Below, piece by piece: positions 27,014-36,402 of a stretch of 64,000 nucleotides of DNA. Numbering within the stretch: position 1 is the stretch's first letter; every line of letters begins with the position of its first letter. This stretch comes from Pyrinomonadaceae bacterium. Lineage in GTDB: Bacteria > Acidobacteriota > Blastocatellia > Pyrinomonadales > Pyrinomonadaceae. The notes beneath the pieces were generated by a model that ran no database searches, was not told the DNA's origin, and saw nothing but the letters and a program-made list of their open reading frames with translations. The translations under genes and the position numbers were made by a program. The DNA lies in the NCBI GenBank assembly GCA_036009765.1, contig DASYLB010000044.1, positions 6,989 to 70,988 of the forward strand, in the 5' to 3' direction.

Positions 27014-27319
27014 CTACTTCTTGCGCGCTTTGGAAGCGGCGCTCTTCTTCGCTGCTCCCGCACGTTTTCTGCCGCTTCCGGATCTAACCGTCCGACCCTT
27101 ACGGCCTTCGCTTTGGACCCTGCCGGCCTTAATGAGATTCTCATAACTGCCGCGCACGACATTTCGCGCAACTTTTAATGAGTTGGCTAATTCGCGTTCA
27201 CTCGGCAGATAACTACCAACCGTCATGGCCCCAGATTCGATCAGGCTTGTGAGCTGGTCCGTGATCTGCTTAGTCATTGATTCCGGACGCTTGCGATTGA
27301 CACGTATCGTTGTTTTCAC
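27014..27319 (-). CDS. Stand-alone GntR-type winged-helix DNA-binding protein with Lys/Arg/Ala-rich tail
   Basis: ITDQLTSLIESGAMTVGSYLPSERELANSLKVARNVVRGSYENLIKAGRV is a GntR N-terminal HTH. No effector domain. Tail GRKRAGAAKKSAASKARKK. Start could be 27277. Confidence 0.7.
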   Translation of the reverse strand: MKTTIRVNRKRPESMTKQITDQLTSLIESGAMTVGSYLPSERELANSLKVARNVVRGSYENLIKAGRVQSEGRKGRTVRSGSGRKRAGAAKKSAASKARKK

Positions 27320-27509
27320 TCTAACTTCCCTCCTGGGTTGGTCTATTTTTGGGGTAATTGAATTTTATGCAGGCAAGATTGCTGTGTCAACTGGACCAAA
27401 AAAGTCCAAGGTCCAAAGTCTAAGGTCCAAGCTAAGTTTTCCGAACGGTCGGTTAGGAATTCGGCGTCCTGAAGTTGAGCTTAAGACTGCGGATGGTGCG
27501 TCTGGTGTG

Positions 27510-27626
27510 TTAATCCGTTGCGAAAATGGCGATGAGCGCCGGAATGGTGAGCCACAACAGTCCCTTCAGCAGGAAGAACATTACACCCCAGAATCCTAGT
27601 CTTTTGATCCACTTCTTTAAGTTCAT
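27510..27626 (-). CDS. Possible 38-aa single-TM peptide
   Basis: MNLKKWIKRLGFWGVMFFLLKGLLWLTIPALIAIFATD. The call rests only on hydrophobicity and position between the channel and GntR-like genes. Confidence 0.3.
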   Translation of the reverse strand: MNLKKWIKRLGFWGVMFFLLKGLLWLTIPALIAIFATD

Positions 27627-27694
27627 CTCGATTCTGTTATCACCAGTGTGTTGAATTTCGGTCGGGGCTTCATTCCGCTCGAAATCGTTCGTCC

Positions 27695-28795
27695 TCACTG
27701 TATTCTCCCCCAGGCGCTGGTCTTCCAGTTGTCGATTGCCTCTGCTCCCACAATCCAGGGCGGGAGTGGCATCAATAGCATTTCCGAAAGCGCGCAAACA
27801 TAAGGTTCATACATTGCGCGCAGCTCGTTTAACTTCTGTTCCGCCTCAACGCCATCCTGTAAATCAGCGCCATACCTTGAGAGGATATCTCTGATTCGTT
27901 CAAGGTCGCCAGGCATGAGCCGGTAGGCGGTTGGCTTCGGAGTTGACGGTGTAGTTCGGAAAACTTGCGCCAGATCGACTACCGCGTGCCGAGCCATTGC
28001 AAATGTCAGCTTTGCTTGCCAGGTCGGCAGCCCGCCCACGCCCACCATCACCAGCGCGCAGGTATCGAGAATCGTCGTCAAGGAACTCAGCCACGACTGG
28101 TTGTCATGCTGCGAACGAAAGTAACAGAGCACTGGATATGATAAGTGACTCTCAAGTAACTCCGCAGACCAATGTTCCCACTCATGTAGTACGACATCGA
28201 GGTCGTGCAGATGTTTGCTTTCGCCATGCCGGCGCAGCATCTCCGCGGCACTCGAGGGCGAACCTGCGCGCGCGTCGAGCAAAGCAATGTTCACTTCACG
28301 CCGCGAAAACGCCCCGTAAAGCACCGGAAGATATCCGATTACGATCGCCAGCAGACCGAAACCATTTGCTGCTTCTATTACGGCGATGGCGCGGCCGAGC
28401 GAAAGCTTAGGGACAATGTCGCCATAGCCTAGTGTGAAAAACGTCTCGCCGCTGATGTAAAGGTAAGTTGCTAATTGCCCGCTTTCTTCGGGAAGGTTAA
28501 GCCTGGTTTGCAATCCCCAGTGGAGCAGTGCATAACCGAGGATCAAACCTGCAGCCCAGAGCGCGAGCAGCATCAGCAACGACAAAGGACCAAACGTGCC
28601 CAAATACTTTTCGCGTCGCTTGCGATTGTGCATGGCGCGCACCAATCCGGCGCAGATCATCCACATCGTTTTGTAGAAAATGCTTGTGAAACGGAGACGC
28701 CTGGTCACGCGCCGCGGTAGTATGATGGTTTCAAAAGCATCCCACAGAATCGTGACGATCAAAGCAATGCCAACGATGACGGCGATCAGTCTCAT
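27695..28795 (-). CDS. Potassium channel family protein (2TM pore domain plus uncharacterised cytoplasmic domain)
   Basis: Selectivity filter FFTLGYGDIVP between two TM helices. I chose ATG 28795 (MRLIAVIVGIALIV). Confidence 0.8.
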   Translation of the reverse strand: MRLIAVIVGIALIVTILWDAFETIILPRRVTRRLRFTSIFYKTMWMICAGLVRAMHNRKRREKYLGTFGPLSLLMLLALWAAGLILGYALLHWGLQTRLNLPEESGQLATYLYISGETFFTLGYGDIVPKLSLGRAIAVIEAANGFGLLAIVIGYLPVLYGAFSRREVNIALLDARAGSPSSAAEMLRRHGESKHLHDLDVVLHEWEHWSAELLESHLSYPVLCYFRSQHDNQSWLSSLTTILDTCALVMVGVGGLPTWQAKLTFAMARHAVVDLAQVFRTTPSTPKPTAYRLMPGDLERIRDILSRYGADLQDGVEAEQKLNELRAMYEPYVCALSEMLLMPLPPWIVGAEAIDNWKTSAWGRIQ

Positions 28796-28927
28796 TTCGA
28801 GTTCAGCGTCTCGGAAAATCAAGCAGGAAAAGTTTGATATTATTCGGCGACGACAGATGTTATCGTTGAAATGCCCTTTTTGCACAGACTCCAGCGGCGC
28901 AGAGAAGTACGTTGGTCAGTGAGACCA

Positions 28928-29071
28928 CTCAAGCAAATTGCTGGGACCGCGGGCGTGCCGCCAGCAACGCGCCGTGGGCGCGCAGTTCTTACGAATGTTG
29001 CCTGCAACCCATTTTTCTCGCTCCGCGCTCATTGCGGGCGGGACGCCCGCGGTCCCAGCAATTCGCTTGAG
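28928..29071. repeat. MITE family B, complete copy
   Basis: Arms CTCAAGCAAATTGCTGGGACCGCGGGCGTGCCGCC / GCGGGCGGGACGCCCGCGGTCCCAGCAATTCGCTTGAG. Its interior is homologous, in reverse complement, to the interior of 38530-38666. Confidence 0.8.
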
Positions 29072-29111
29072 ATCTCTTCAAAGTTCGTTGGACATAAATT
29101 CGTAGATCCAG

Positions 29112-30707
29112 ATGACATCACTGATCATTCACGGTCACTTCTACCAACCGCCGCGTGAGAATCCGTGGACTGGAATTATCGACCCCGAACCGAGTGCGCG
29201 TCCGTTTCACGATTGGAATGAACGCATTCAAGCGGAATGTTACGAGCCGAACAGCGCTGCCCGAATTCTTGTAGACGGCGCCGAACGAATCGTCAACAAC
29301 TACGCGCATATAAGTTTTGACTTTGGTCCTACGTTGCTTTCCTGGCTCCAGAAATCTCATCGCGAAACTTACCTGAGGATCATAGCCGCCGATCAAGAAA
29401 GCGCCGGCAAGCACGCCGGACACGGCAACGCAATAGCTCAAGCCTACAATCACGCGATCTTGCCGCTCTGTAACGAGCGTGATCGCTGCACCCAGGTACG
29501 CTGGGGCATCGAGGACTTTCGCTATCGCTTCGGTCGTGAACCGGAGTCGATGTGGCTGCCCGAGACGGCCTGTAATGACGACGTTCTAGGTTTGCTGATC
29601 GACGAAGGGTTGCGTTTTGTAATTCTCGCTCCGCAGCAAGCCGAACGCGTTCGGTGTACGTCACGCATACCTGCCTGTCCTGGTGAGATGAAAGAAGAAG
29701 TTGCTGGACAGACTGGAAAGTCTGTCCTACCAGAATCTGAATGGCTAAACGTGGGTCGCGACAAAATCGACACCAGCATCGCCTACAGCTACTTCCATCG
29801 TGATGGTTCGCGGCGATCTATCGCGGTGTTCTTTTATGATCAAGAACTAGCACACGGCATTGCCTTCGAACAGGCGTTGAGCTCGAGCGGTGAACTCGTA
29901 AATCGCTTTGAACAACGAAGAGTCCCAGCAGCGGGTTTGCTCAATATCGCCACGGATGGCGAGACCTATGGACATCACCACAAGTTTGGTGACATCTGTC
30001 TCGCTTACGCATTGGCAGTCGATGGACCTGCGCGCGGTTTTTCGTTGACGAACTACGGAGAATATCTCGATCAGTATCCGCCGGAGTGGGAAGTCGAAAT
30101 CAACAACGGTTTGGCAGGCGAAGGTAGTTCATGGAGTTGTGTACATGGTGTCAGCCGTTGGATTCGTGATTGTGGTTGTCATACTGGTGGCGAGCCCGGC
30201 TGGAACCAGGCCTGGCGAACCCCTTTGCGCGCGGCGCTTGATTTCCTGCGTGACGAAATGGCGATCTATTTTGAGGGCACGCGCGGTGAATTGTTTACTG
30301 ATCCGTGGGTGGCAAGAGATGACGCGGTTAGTTTGGTGCTCGACGAATTCAAGTCGCGCGAAGAGTTTCTTTACGCGCATGCGCCGCGCTCGCTTTCGCG
30401 CGAACAGCAACAACGGGCTTTGCTGTTCCTCGAGTTGCAGCGGAGTGCGTTGCTTATGTACACGAGTTGTGGCTGGTTCTTCAGTGATATTTCGGGAATT
30501 GAACCAATCCAGATTTTGAAGTACGCCGGCCGCGCTCTTGATTTGATGAATCAACTGGGCCTGCCCTCGTTGCGCGCGCAGTTCCTCAAGATACTGGCTG
30601 AGGCAAAGAGCAATCGTCCGGAGTTCGGAAACGGCGCGAACATTTTTCGCCAACTGGTTGAGCCGTTGCAAGCTAGAACCATTAACGATGAAGCAGTAGT
30701 GGGTTAA
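29112..30707 (+). CDS. GH57-family glycoside hydrolase (DUF3536-containing type)
   Basis: The N-terminus LIIHGHFYQPPRENPW is the GH57 signature. Also ATDGETYGHH. ATG at 29112. Confidence 0.85.
   Translation: MTSLIIHGHFYQPPRENPWTGIIDPEPSARPFHDWNERIQAECYEPNSAARILVDGAERIVNNYAHISFDFGPTLLSWLQKSHRETYLRIIAADQESAGKHAGHGNAIAQAYNHAILPLCNERDRCTQVRWGIEDFRYRFGREPESMWLPETACNDDVLGLLIDEGLRFVILAPQQAERVRCTSRIPACPGEMKEEVAGQTGKSVLPESEWLNVGRDKIDTSIAYSYFHRDGSRRSIAVFFYDQELAHGIAFEQALSSSGELVNRFEQRRVPAAGLLNIATDGETYGHHHKFGDICLAYALAVDGPARGFSLTNYGEYLDQYPPEWEVEINNGLAGEGSSWSCVHGVSRWIRDCGCHTGGEPGWNQAWRTPLRAALDFLRDEMAIYFEGTRGELFTDPWVARDDAVSLVLDEFKSREEFLYAHAPRSLSREQQQRALLFLELQRSALLMYTSCGWFFSDISGIEPIQILKYAGRALDLMNQLGLPSLRAQFLKILAEAKSNRPEFGNGANIFRQLVEPLQARTINDEAVVG
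29662..29730. repeat. Palindromic mini-element embedded in frame in the GH57 gene
   Basis: Perfect hairpin GGACAGACT-GGAA-AGTCTGTCC at 29706-29727. The 25-nt string GGACAGACTGGAAAGTCTGTCCTAC is identical to 31539-31563 in glgB. Confidence 0.65.
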
Positions 30708-30764
30708 GTTGCTAAACTATTCCTGGTGCAAGTGCCGGGTTTCCAATTCATCTTCTCCGTGAAA

Positions 30765-30853
30765 CCTTTGTGCTTTGTGTCTCTGTGGTGGATGGACTCT
30801 AAGCGGAAGATTCACCACTGATACACAGAGAACACTGAGGACCCACAGAGAAC
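30765..30853. repeat. Repeat family G (CACAGAGA-type) inverted repeat between GH57 and glgB
   Basis: CCTTTGTGCTTTGTGTCTCTGTGGTGGA pairs with TTCACCACTGATACACAGAGAACACTGAGG, followed by ACCCACAGAGAAC. Confidence 0.5.
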
Positions 30854-30891
30854 TTCAATGAGGACACGACCAAGTAGCGCGCGACTTTCGC

Positions 30892-32994
30892 ATGCCGAAA
30901 AAGTCTCAAAGCAAATCAACCAAGGGTCGCACGGGGAAAAGTTCGAAGCTCGCGATTAAGCAAGATATTCAGAAGCGTCGCGTCTCGACTTCACCAGAAT
31001 CTCAAGCTGCAGATTCACTCCCACCCATTCTCGGCGAACTTGATCTTCACCTCTTCGGCGAAGGTCGCCACGAACTGATCTACCAAAAACTCGGGGCGCA
31101 TCTGATCACTCACGAAGGCGTCGAAGGAGTTTCATTTGCAGTCTGGGCGCCGGCGGCCGCGCAGGTAAGCGTCGTCGGTAACTTCAACGACTGGGAGGGC
31201 GCCAAACACCCGCTGCGCGCGCTTGGCAGCTCCGGAGTTTGGGAAACTTTCATTCCCGGGTTGCAGGCAGGCGAGCTTTACAAATATCAGATCAAGACGC
31301 CAGGTCTGCCAGTATTTCTCAAAGCCGACCCTTACGCTTCCTTTGCAGAAGAACCACCCGACACTTCGTCGATTGTCTACCAGTCGAGCTATCGTTTTCG
31401 CGATGCGCGCTGGCTGAAGAAACGCGACGGCCGCGAACATTTTCGCCAACCGCTGTCGATCTATGAAGTTCACTTCGGATCGTGGCGCCGCAAAGTAAGA
31501 CAGACATTCCTGTCTGTCGAAGCGGAAGAGGAAAACGGGGACAGACTGGAAAGTCTGTCCTACAAAGAAGGCGAAGCGAAGGACCGTCCGTTCAGCTATC
31601 GCGAGATGGCGGAACCGCTGGCTGAATATGTTTTGGCGATGGGCTTCACGCACGTCGAGTTTCTGCCGTTGAAGGAACATCCTTACGGACCGTCCTGGGG
31701 TTACCAGGTCAGCAACTACTATGCGCCTTCCGCTCGCTATGGAACGCCCGACGATCTTCGTTACCTGATCGATTACCTGCACCAGCGAGGCATTGGCGTA
31801 ATCATGGATTGGGTGCCGGCGCACTTTCCCAAAGATGCTTTTGCACTCGGGCGGTTTGACGGCACCGCACTCTACGAACATCTCGACCCGCGCAAAGGTG
31901 AGCATCCCGATTGGGGCACCTACATTTTCAACTACGGCCGCAATGAAGTGCGGAATTTCCTGCTGGCGAATGCGCTTTACTGGTTCAAGGAATTTCATCT
32001 CGACGGCCTGCGCGTAGATGCGGTGGCTTCAATGCTTTATCTCGATTACAGCCGCAAAGAGGGAGAGTGGGTGCCAAATCAGTTTGGCGGACGCGAAAAC
32101 CTCGAGGCAATTTCGCTGCTGAAAGAATTGAATGAGGCGGTCCATCGCGTCTGCCCCGGCGCCATGATGATCGCGGAAGAATCAACCGCGTGGCCGCAGG
32201 TTAGTCATCCGGTTTATGCCGGCGGACTCGGCTTTGATTTCAAATGGAACATGGGCTGGATGCACGACACGCTCAAATACTTCCAAACCGATCCACTGTT
32301 TCGGGTTGGTAATCACAATGCGCTGACGTTTGGGTTGCTTTATGCGTGGAGTGAAAATTTTGTGCTGCCGTTTTCACACGACGAAGTTGTTCACATGAAG
32401 GGCTCGTTGCTGAACAAGATGCCCGGCACAACGGAACAGAAGTTTGCCAACCTGCGCGCGCTGTATGGATACATGTGGATGCATCCGGGAAAGAAGCTTT
32501 TGTTTATGGGTGGTGAGTTTGGGCAGTGGCGCGAGTGGAACGAAACCGAGAGCCTTGACTGGCATCTGCTTGAAGAGCCGGCGCACAAAGGAGTACAGGA
32601 TTTAATTCGTGAACTCAATCGCGTCTACTTGAAAAAGAATGCGCTTTGGGAAGTTGACGGCGAACCTGAGGGCTTTCAGTGGATCGACGCAAACAACGGG
32701 GCGGAAAATATTGTTTCGTTCATACGTCGCGCACGATCGACCGGCCGCGAGCTGATCTGCGTCGGCAACTTCGCGCCGGTGTTGCGCGAAAACCATCAGC
32801 TTGGGTTACCGAGACCGGGAACTTACCGTTTGATCTTAAACACTGACGATGAAAGGTATGGCGGCAGTGGGATGAAATTGCCGAAGTCGATTAAGGCGAA
32901 AGAGGAACCATTTCACGGACAGGCATATTCAGCGACTATAACGTTGCCGCCGCTCGCGACGTTGTGGTTTGAAGCGTTTGCGAGCGTCAAGTAA
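30892..32994 (+). CDS. glgB: 1,4-alpha-glucan branching enzyme
   Basis: Full-length GH13_9 pattern: SFAVWAP, IYEVHFGSWRR, DWVPAHFP, GLRVDAVASMLY, MIAEESTAWP and SHDEVVH. Confidence 0.92.
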   Translation: MPKKSQSKSTKGRTGKSSKLAIKQDIQKRRVSTSPESQAADSLPPILGELDLHLFGEGRHELIYQKLGAHLITHEGVEGVSFAVWAPAAAQVSVVGNFNDWEGAKHPLRALGSSGVWETFIPGLQAGELYKYQIKTPGLPVFLKADPYASFAEEPPDTSSIVYQSSYRFRDARWLKKRDGREHFRQPLSIYEVHFGSWRRKVRQTFLSVEAEEENGDRLESLSYKEGEAKDRPFSYREMAEPLAEYVLAMGFTHVEFLPLKEHPYGPSWGYQVSNYYAPSARYGTPDDLRYLIDYLHQRGIGVIMDWVPAHFPKDAFALGRFDGTALYEHLDPRKGEHPDWGTYIFNYGRNEVRNFLLANALYWFKEFHLDGLRVDAVASMLYLDYSRKEGEWVPNQFGGRENLEAISLLKELNEAVHRVCPGAMMIAEESTAWPQVSHPVYAGGLGFDFKWNMGWMHDTLKYFQTDPLFRVGNHNALTFGLLYAWSENFVLPFSHDEVVHMKGSLLNKMPGTTEQKFANLRALYGYMWMHPGKKLLFMGGEFGQWREWNETESLDWHLLEEPAHKGVQDLIRELNRVYLKKNALWEVDGEPEGFQWIDANNGAENIVSFIRRARSTGRELICVGNFAPVLRENHQLGLPRPGTYRLILNTDDERYGGSGMKLPKSIKAKEEPFHGQAYSATITLPPLATLWFEAFASVK
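31499..31563. repeat. Palindromic mini-element embedded in frame in glgB (two opposed hairpins)
   Basis: GACAGACA-TTCC-TGTCTGTC (31499-31518) and GGACAGACT-GGAA-AGTCTGTCC (31539-31560). Confidence 0.65.
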
Positions 32995-33092
32995 TCGATT
33001 GCTGTGAGGAGTTCGGAGCGAAAAAGCTGCTCACACGATGCTTGCGTTTCCAGCCATAACGAATATGCACAGGCACGGGGAGTTCCGCTAGG

Positions 33093-33359
33093 TCAATGAC
33101 CTGAAAGAATAATGTGTTGGTCAGTCTCAAGCAGTAGTCTGGTTCCCACCTCCGCCATCTGATCAAAAAGACGCATGCGCTCGTGGGCTCGCGTGGGTAA
33201 CGGGATATTCACGATCACTCGATTGTCCTGCCTGACGACCACTCGAGTCTTCCCGCGTGCCGGCGGGTACACCTCATTCAAGAGGGATACGTATTCCCTA
33301 ATCGCATTGGCGGCTCCATTCGTCACTTTTGTTGCCTGGCGGTTTGTGTTTCGTTTCAT
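33093..33359 (-). CDS. Hypothetical 88-aa protein coupled to the HEPN-like gene
   Basis: Its ATG overlaps the upstream stop (ATGA at 33356-33359). I recognise no family. Confidence 0.4.
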   Translation of the reverse strand: MKRNTNRQATKVTNGAANAIREYVSLLNEVYPPARGKTRVVVRQDNRVIVNIPLPTRAHERMRLFDQMAEVGTRLLLETDQHIILSGH

Positions 33360-33751
33360 TCGTTTTCTTCCAATGCGCTAGCGACAGACAAGAGAAATCT
33401 CTTGGCCGACCTAAAGCTCGTTTCGCTTCTTTGGCCGAAACTGACTCGGGCTTGTAGTCGGCGATATGTCTTAACGCAATCAGGTCCATCGGCGTTCGCC
33501 CGATGTCTCCCGGTAAAACTTTCCGCCGCATAACCAAGCCGCCGGTTTAACTCCGCCTGCACTTGTCCATGATCCCACTCATTGTCCCTGGCGCGCAAAT
33601 CCGTTAGCTCGACCAGCACAGCAATGCTGGCAAGAAAGACCGAATAGTAAGCGCGACTGGCGCAAACATTATGCTTCTTGCATTGATAGGCAAGCAGCGC
33701 CATCTCAAGATTCTCCTGAGCCTTTACCCAATAGTCAGTTGAATCCCACAT
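33356..33751 (-). pseudogene. HEPN-domain gene with two compensating frameshifts
   Basis: The N-terminal helices (AQENLEMALLAYQ...ASRAYYSVFLASIAVL) and the C-terminus (AKRFLLSVASALEENE) are in one frame. The conserved core DLIALRHIADYKPESVSAKEAKRAL is only readable in the neighbouring frame (part of ORF 33298..33537). Confidence 0.55.
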
Positions 33752-34126
33752 TCAGCTCGTAGGTTCTTAGGCGTGTTTAGCCTCGATCCTATCAAGACAA
33801 TCATTGACCGCTCGTAGACCAGAGCGGGTTTCAAAGGTGATAGCCTCGATTCGATCCAAACGCGCAGACAATTCGCGTCATGTCTCTATTATTTCGTTGA
33901 GAAATTGTTCCCAGACGGACTTTGTGTCGAAAGTCGGAAGCTCTCGTTTTTGCACCTCCGAATTGCTCTCGCAGAGCCTAGTCCAAGTCATCAAGAGACA
34001 TTGAACCCCGAAGCTCTCCAATGCGCTAGGGAAGCGGTGAGACTAGCATCCGAGCTCGATGAAAGGGCTTTTGCTTTCATGAGTAGACTACCTACGCGAA
34101 GTATTCCTCGTGTATCTTCTGCCTTA

Positions 34127-35236
34127 ATGATCGATTGGGCCGAGATTCGCAAGCAGTTTCCGGTGACGGAAAACTCAACCTATCTGAACTCCGCGGCAGC
34201 TGGGCCGTTGTCGCGTGCGACGATGGCGGCGGCGACTGAGTATTACCAGCAGATGATGAGTGATGGTGACATTCACTGGGACGAATGGCTGGAAAAACGC
34301 GAGCAGGTGAGAAGCAAGGTCGCGGCGTTTATCAACGCTGAGCCGGACGAGATTGCACTTACCACCAACACCTCATCAGGAATGAACGTCATCATTGACG
34401 CGCTCGAGACGCATGGCGAAGTTATCTCATGTGATCTTGAGTTTCCTGTCTCCACGCTTCCGTGGATGAACCGGCGCATTCCGGTGCATCTCGTCGAATC
34501 CGTCGCCGGCGCAGTTGCAATCGAGGACATTCGCGCGGCGATGAATGTGCGCACTGGCATTATTTGCATGAGTCACGTGCAGTATTCCAGCGGCTTTCGC
34601 GTTGATCTTGAAGGACTCGGCAACGCCAAGGGAGGCCATGCGCTGGTAGTTAATGCCGCACAGTCTGCTGGTGTTTTTGAGATTGATGTGAAGCGGATGA
34701 AGATCGACGCACTAAGTGCCACTGGACACAAGTGGATGCTCTCCGGCTATGGGAGCGGGTTTGTTTACCTATCGCGGGAATTGCAGGAGCGGTCACGACC
34801 GCGGGCGATTGGTTGGTTAAGCGTCGAGGATCCTTATTCCGATCGAAACAACGAGATTCATTTGCGACATGATGCGGCAGCGCGCACCGAACTTGGTTGT
34901 CCCCACTTCGCTGGAATGTTTGCGCTTGGCGCTGCAGTTCATCTAACTGCGCACGTGGGAATGAAAAACATCGAACAGCGAGCGCTTGAACTCAACCGGT
35001 ATCTCACCAACCGACTTTTCGAGGCTGGCATGAAAGTGCTCTCGCCGCTTGCCGACGAGCGCGCGCGTTCCGCAGAGACGCTGGTGGAGTTTGACGATCC
35101 AGCCGGTGTAGTCGCGAAGCTTGCGGAACAGAAAATTATCGTCACCAAGAAACCGCAGGGGATTCGCGTTGCAACGCACTTCTTCAATAACGAAGCGGAC
35201 GTTGAGCAGTTAGTTAAGGCGCTTGTGAAAATCTGA
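34127..35236 (+). CDS. Class V aminotransferase / cysteine desulfurase-like PLP enzyme
   Basis: YLNSAAAGPLS at the N-terminus. PLP-lysine region SATGHKWMLSGYGSGFVYL. I chose ATG 34127. Confidence 0.8.
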   Translation: MIDWAEIRKQFPVTENSTYLNSAAAGPLSRATMAAATEYYQQMMSDGDIHWDEWLEKREQVRSKVAAFINAEPDEIALTTNTSSGMNVIIDALETHGEVISCDLEFPVSTLPWMNRRIPVHLVESVAGAVAIEDIRAAMNVRTGIICMSHVQYSSGFRVDLEGLGNAKGGHALVVNAAQSAGVFEIDVKRMKIDALSATGHKWMLSGYGSGFVYLSRELQERSRPRAIGWLSVEDPYSDRNNEIHLRHDAAARTELGCPHFAGMFALGAAVHLTAHVGMKNIEQRALELNRYLTNRLFEAGMKVLSPLADERARSAETLVEFDDPAGVVAKLAEQKIIVTKKPQGIRVATHFFNNEADVEQLVKALVKI

Positions 35237-35282
35237 AGAACCCACCGAATTCGCAGGCGTATTGACAGATCATACAGATCAT

Positions 35283-36239
35283 TTAGCTTCTAGCGCGCTT
35301 CTTGTTAGCAGGTGTCTTGGCTTTTTTTGTCGCAGCCGCTTTTGCCGTCTCGCCACCGAATTGAGTTCGTGACAACCTAATGAAAGTCAGGGCAATCGGC
35401 GATTCGTACCCGCCGGCGAGTCTGGCGATACCCAATTCCCAGTTGATCTGTGCGCCTTCAATCCACCATCTAACCAGCCGCCCTTTTGCAACGGCGTCAC
35501 TTACTGTTTGCAGCGGCACGATGCCGACGCCCATATCCTCTTCCACCATCCGGCGGATGGCCGCTTGCCGGCTCAGCTCCATTGAGACATGCAACGACAC
35601 TCCCGCTTGAGCAAAGAACTGATCAATTAGCCGGCGAGTGTTGCCGCCGCGTTCGCCGAGAATTAGTTTTTCACCAGCCAGGGTGTAGGCGCTGATGGTG
35701 CGCTGTTTTGCGAGTCGGTGACGTGGCGATGCGACTGCCACGAGCTGATCCTGGCTCAACCTTTCGGTGCTGATCCCGCGCGCCTCCACTGGAAGTGACA
35801 CGAAGGCAAGGTCCAGTTCACCGGCAAGAATCTGTTGCACCAACGCCTCGCTTGTTCCCGAGCCAACTGTGATCTCAGCTCCCGGGTGCTGCTTGCGCAG
35901 CTCTTTAAGTAGCTTGGGCAAGACGTCTGTCGTGACCATTGCCGAGGCGCTGCCGACTCGCAAGCGTCCGCGTTCCGCGCCGGCCAGTTCTGCGATCTCA
36001 TCAACTGCAGCGTCGTGATCACGGAGAATTTGTCGCGCCCGTTGCAGCAGCTGCTCGCCGGCTTCAGTGAGCATCACGCGACGTGGGGCACGAACAAAGA
36101 GCCTGGCCCCGAGTTCATTTTCCAGTTGCCGGATCTGCATGCTAATAGCGGCCTGTGTTACATGAACGCGCCGCGCCCCGGCAGTGAAAGTGCCTAGTTC
36201 GGCAATGGCGATGAAAGCTCGAAGTTGTCGGATTTCCAT
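35283..36239 (-). CDS. LysR-family transcriptional regulator with basic C-terminal tail
   Basis: N-terminal HTH MEIRQLRAFIAIAELGTFTAGARRVHVTQAAISMQIRQLE. LysR substrate-binding domain. Tail KAAATKKAKTPANKKRARS. Divergent from the sugar-kinase gene. Confidence 0.9.
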   Translation of the reverse strand: MEIRQLRAFIAIAELGTFTAGARRVHVTQAAISMQIRQLENELGARLFVRAPRRVMLTEAGEQLLQRARQILRDHDAAVDEIAELAGAERGRLRVGSASAMVTTDVLPKLLKELRKQHPGAEITVGSGTSEALVQQILAGELDLAFVSLPVEARGISTERLSQDQLVAVASPRHRLAKQRTISAYTLAGEKLILGERGGNTRRLIDQFFAQAGVSLHVSMELSRQAAIRRMVEEDMGVGIVPLQTVSDAVAKGRLVRWWIEGAQINWELGIARLAGGYESPIALTFIRLSRTQFGGETAKAAATKKAKTPANKKRARS

Positions 36240-36402
36240 AGAGATTTAGCGGTAATGCGGTATCAGCGATAAGTGAACTGTTCCAATCTGTTATCAGGGA
36301 CGGTTATTGTAATAATAAAATCTTTTAGTTTCCATTATAAATTACCGTTACCTAAAATGGGCCCGAATTGGCCCACTACTAAGAAGCGCCATTCACCCGA
36401 CT

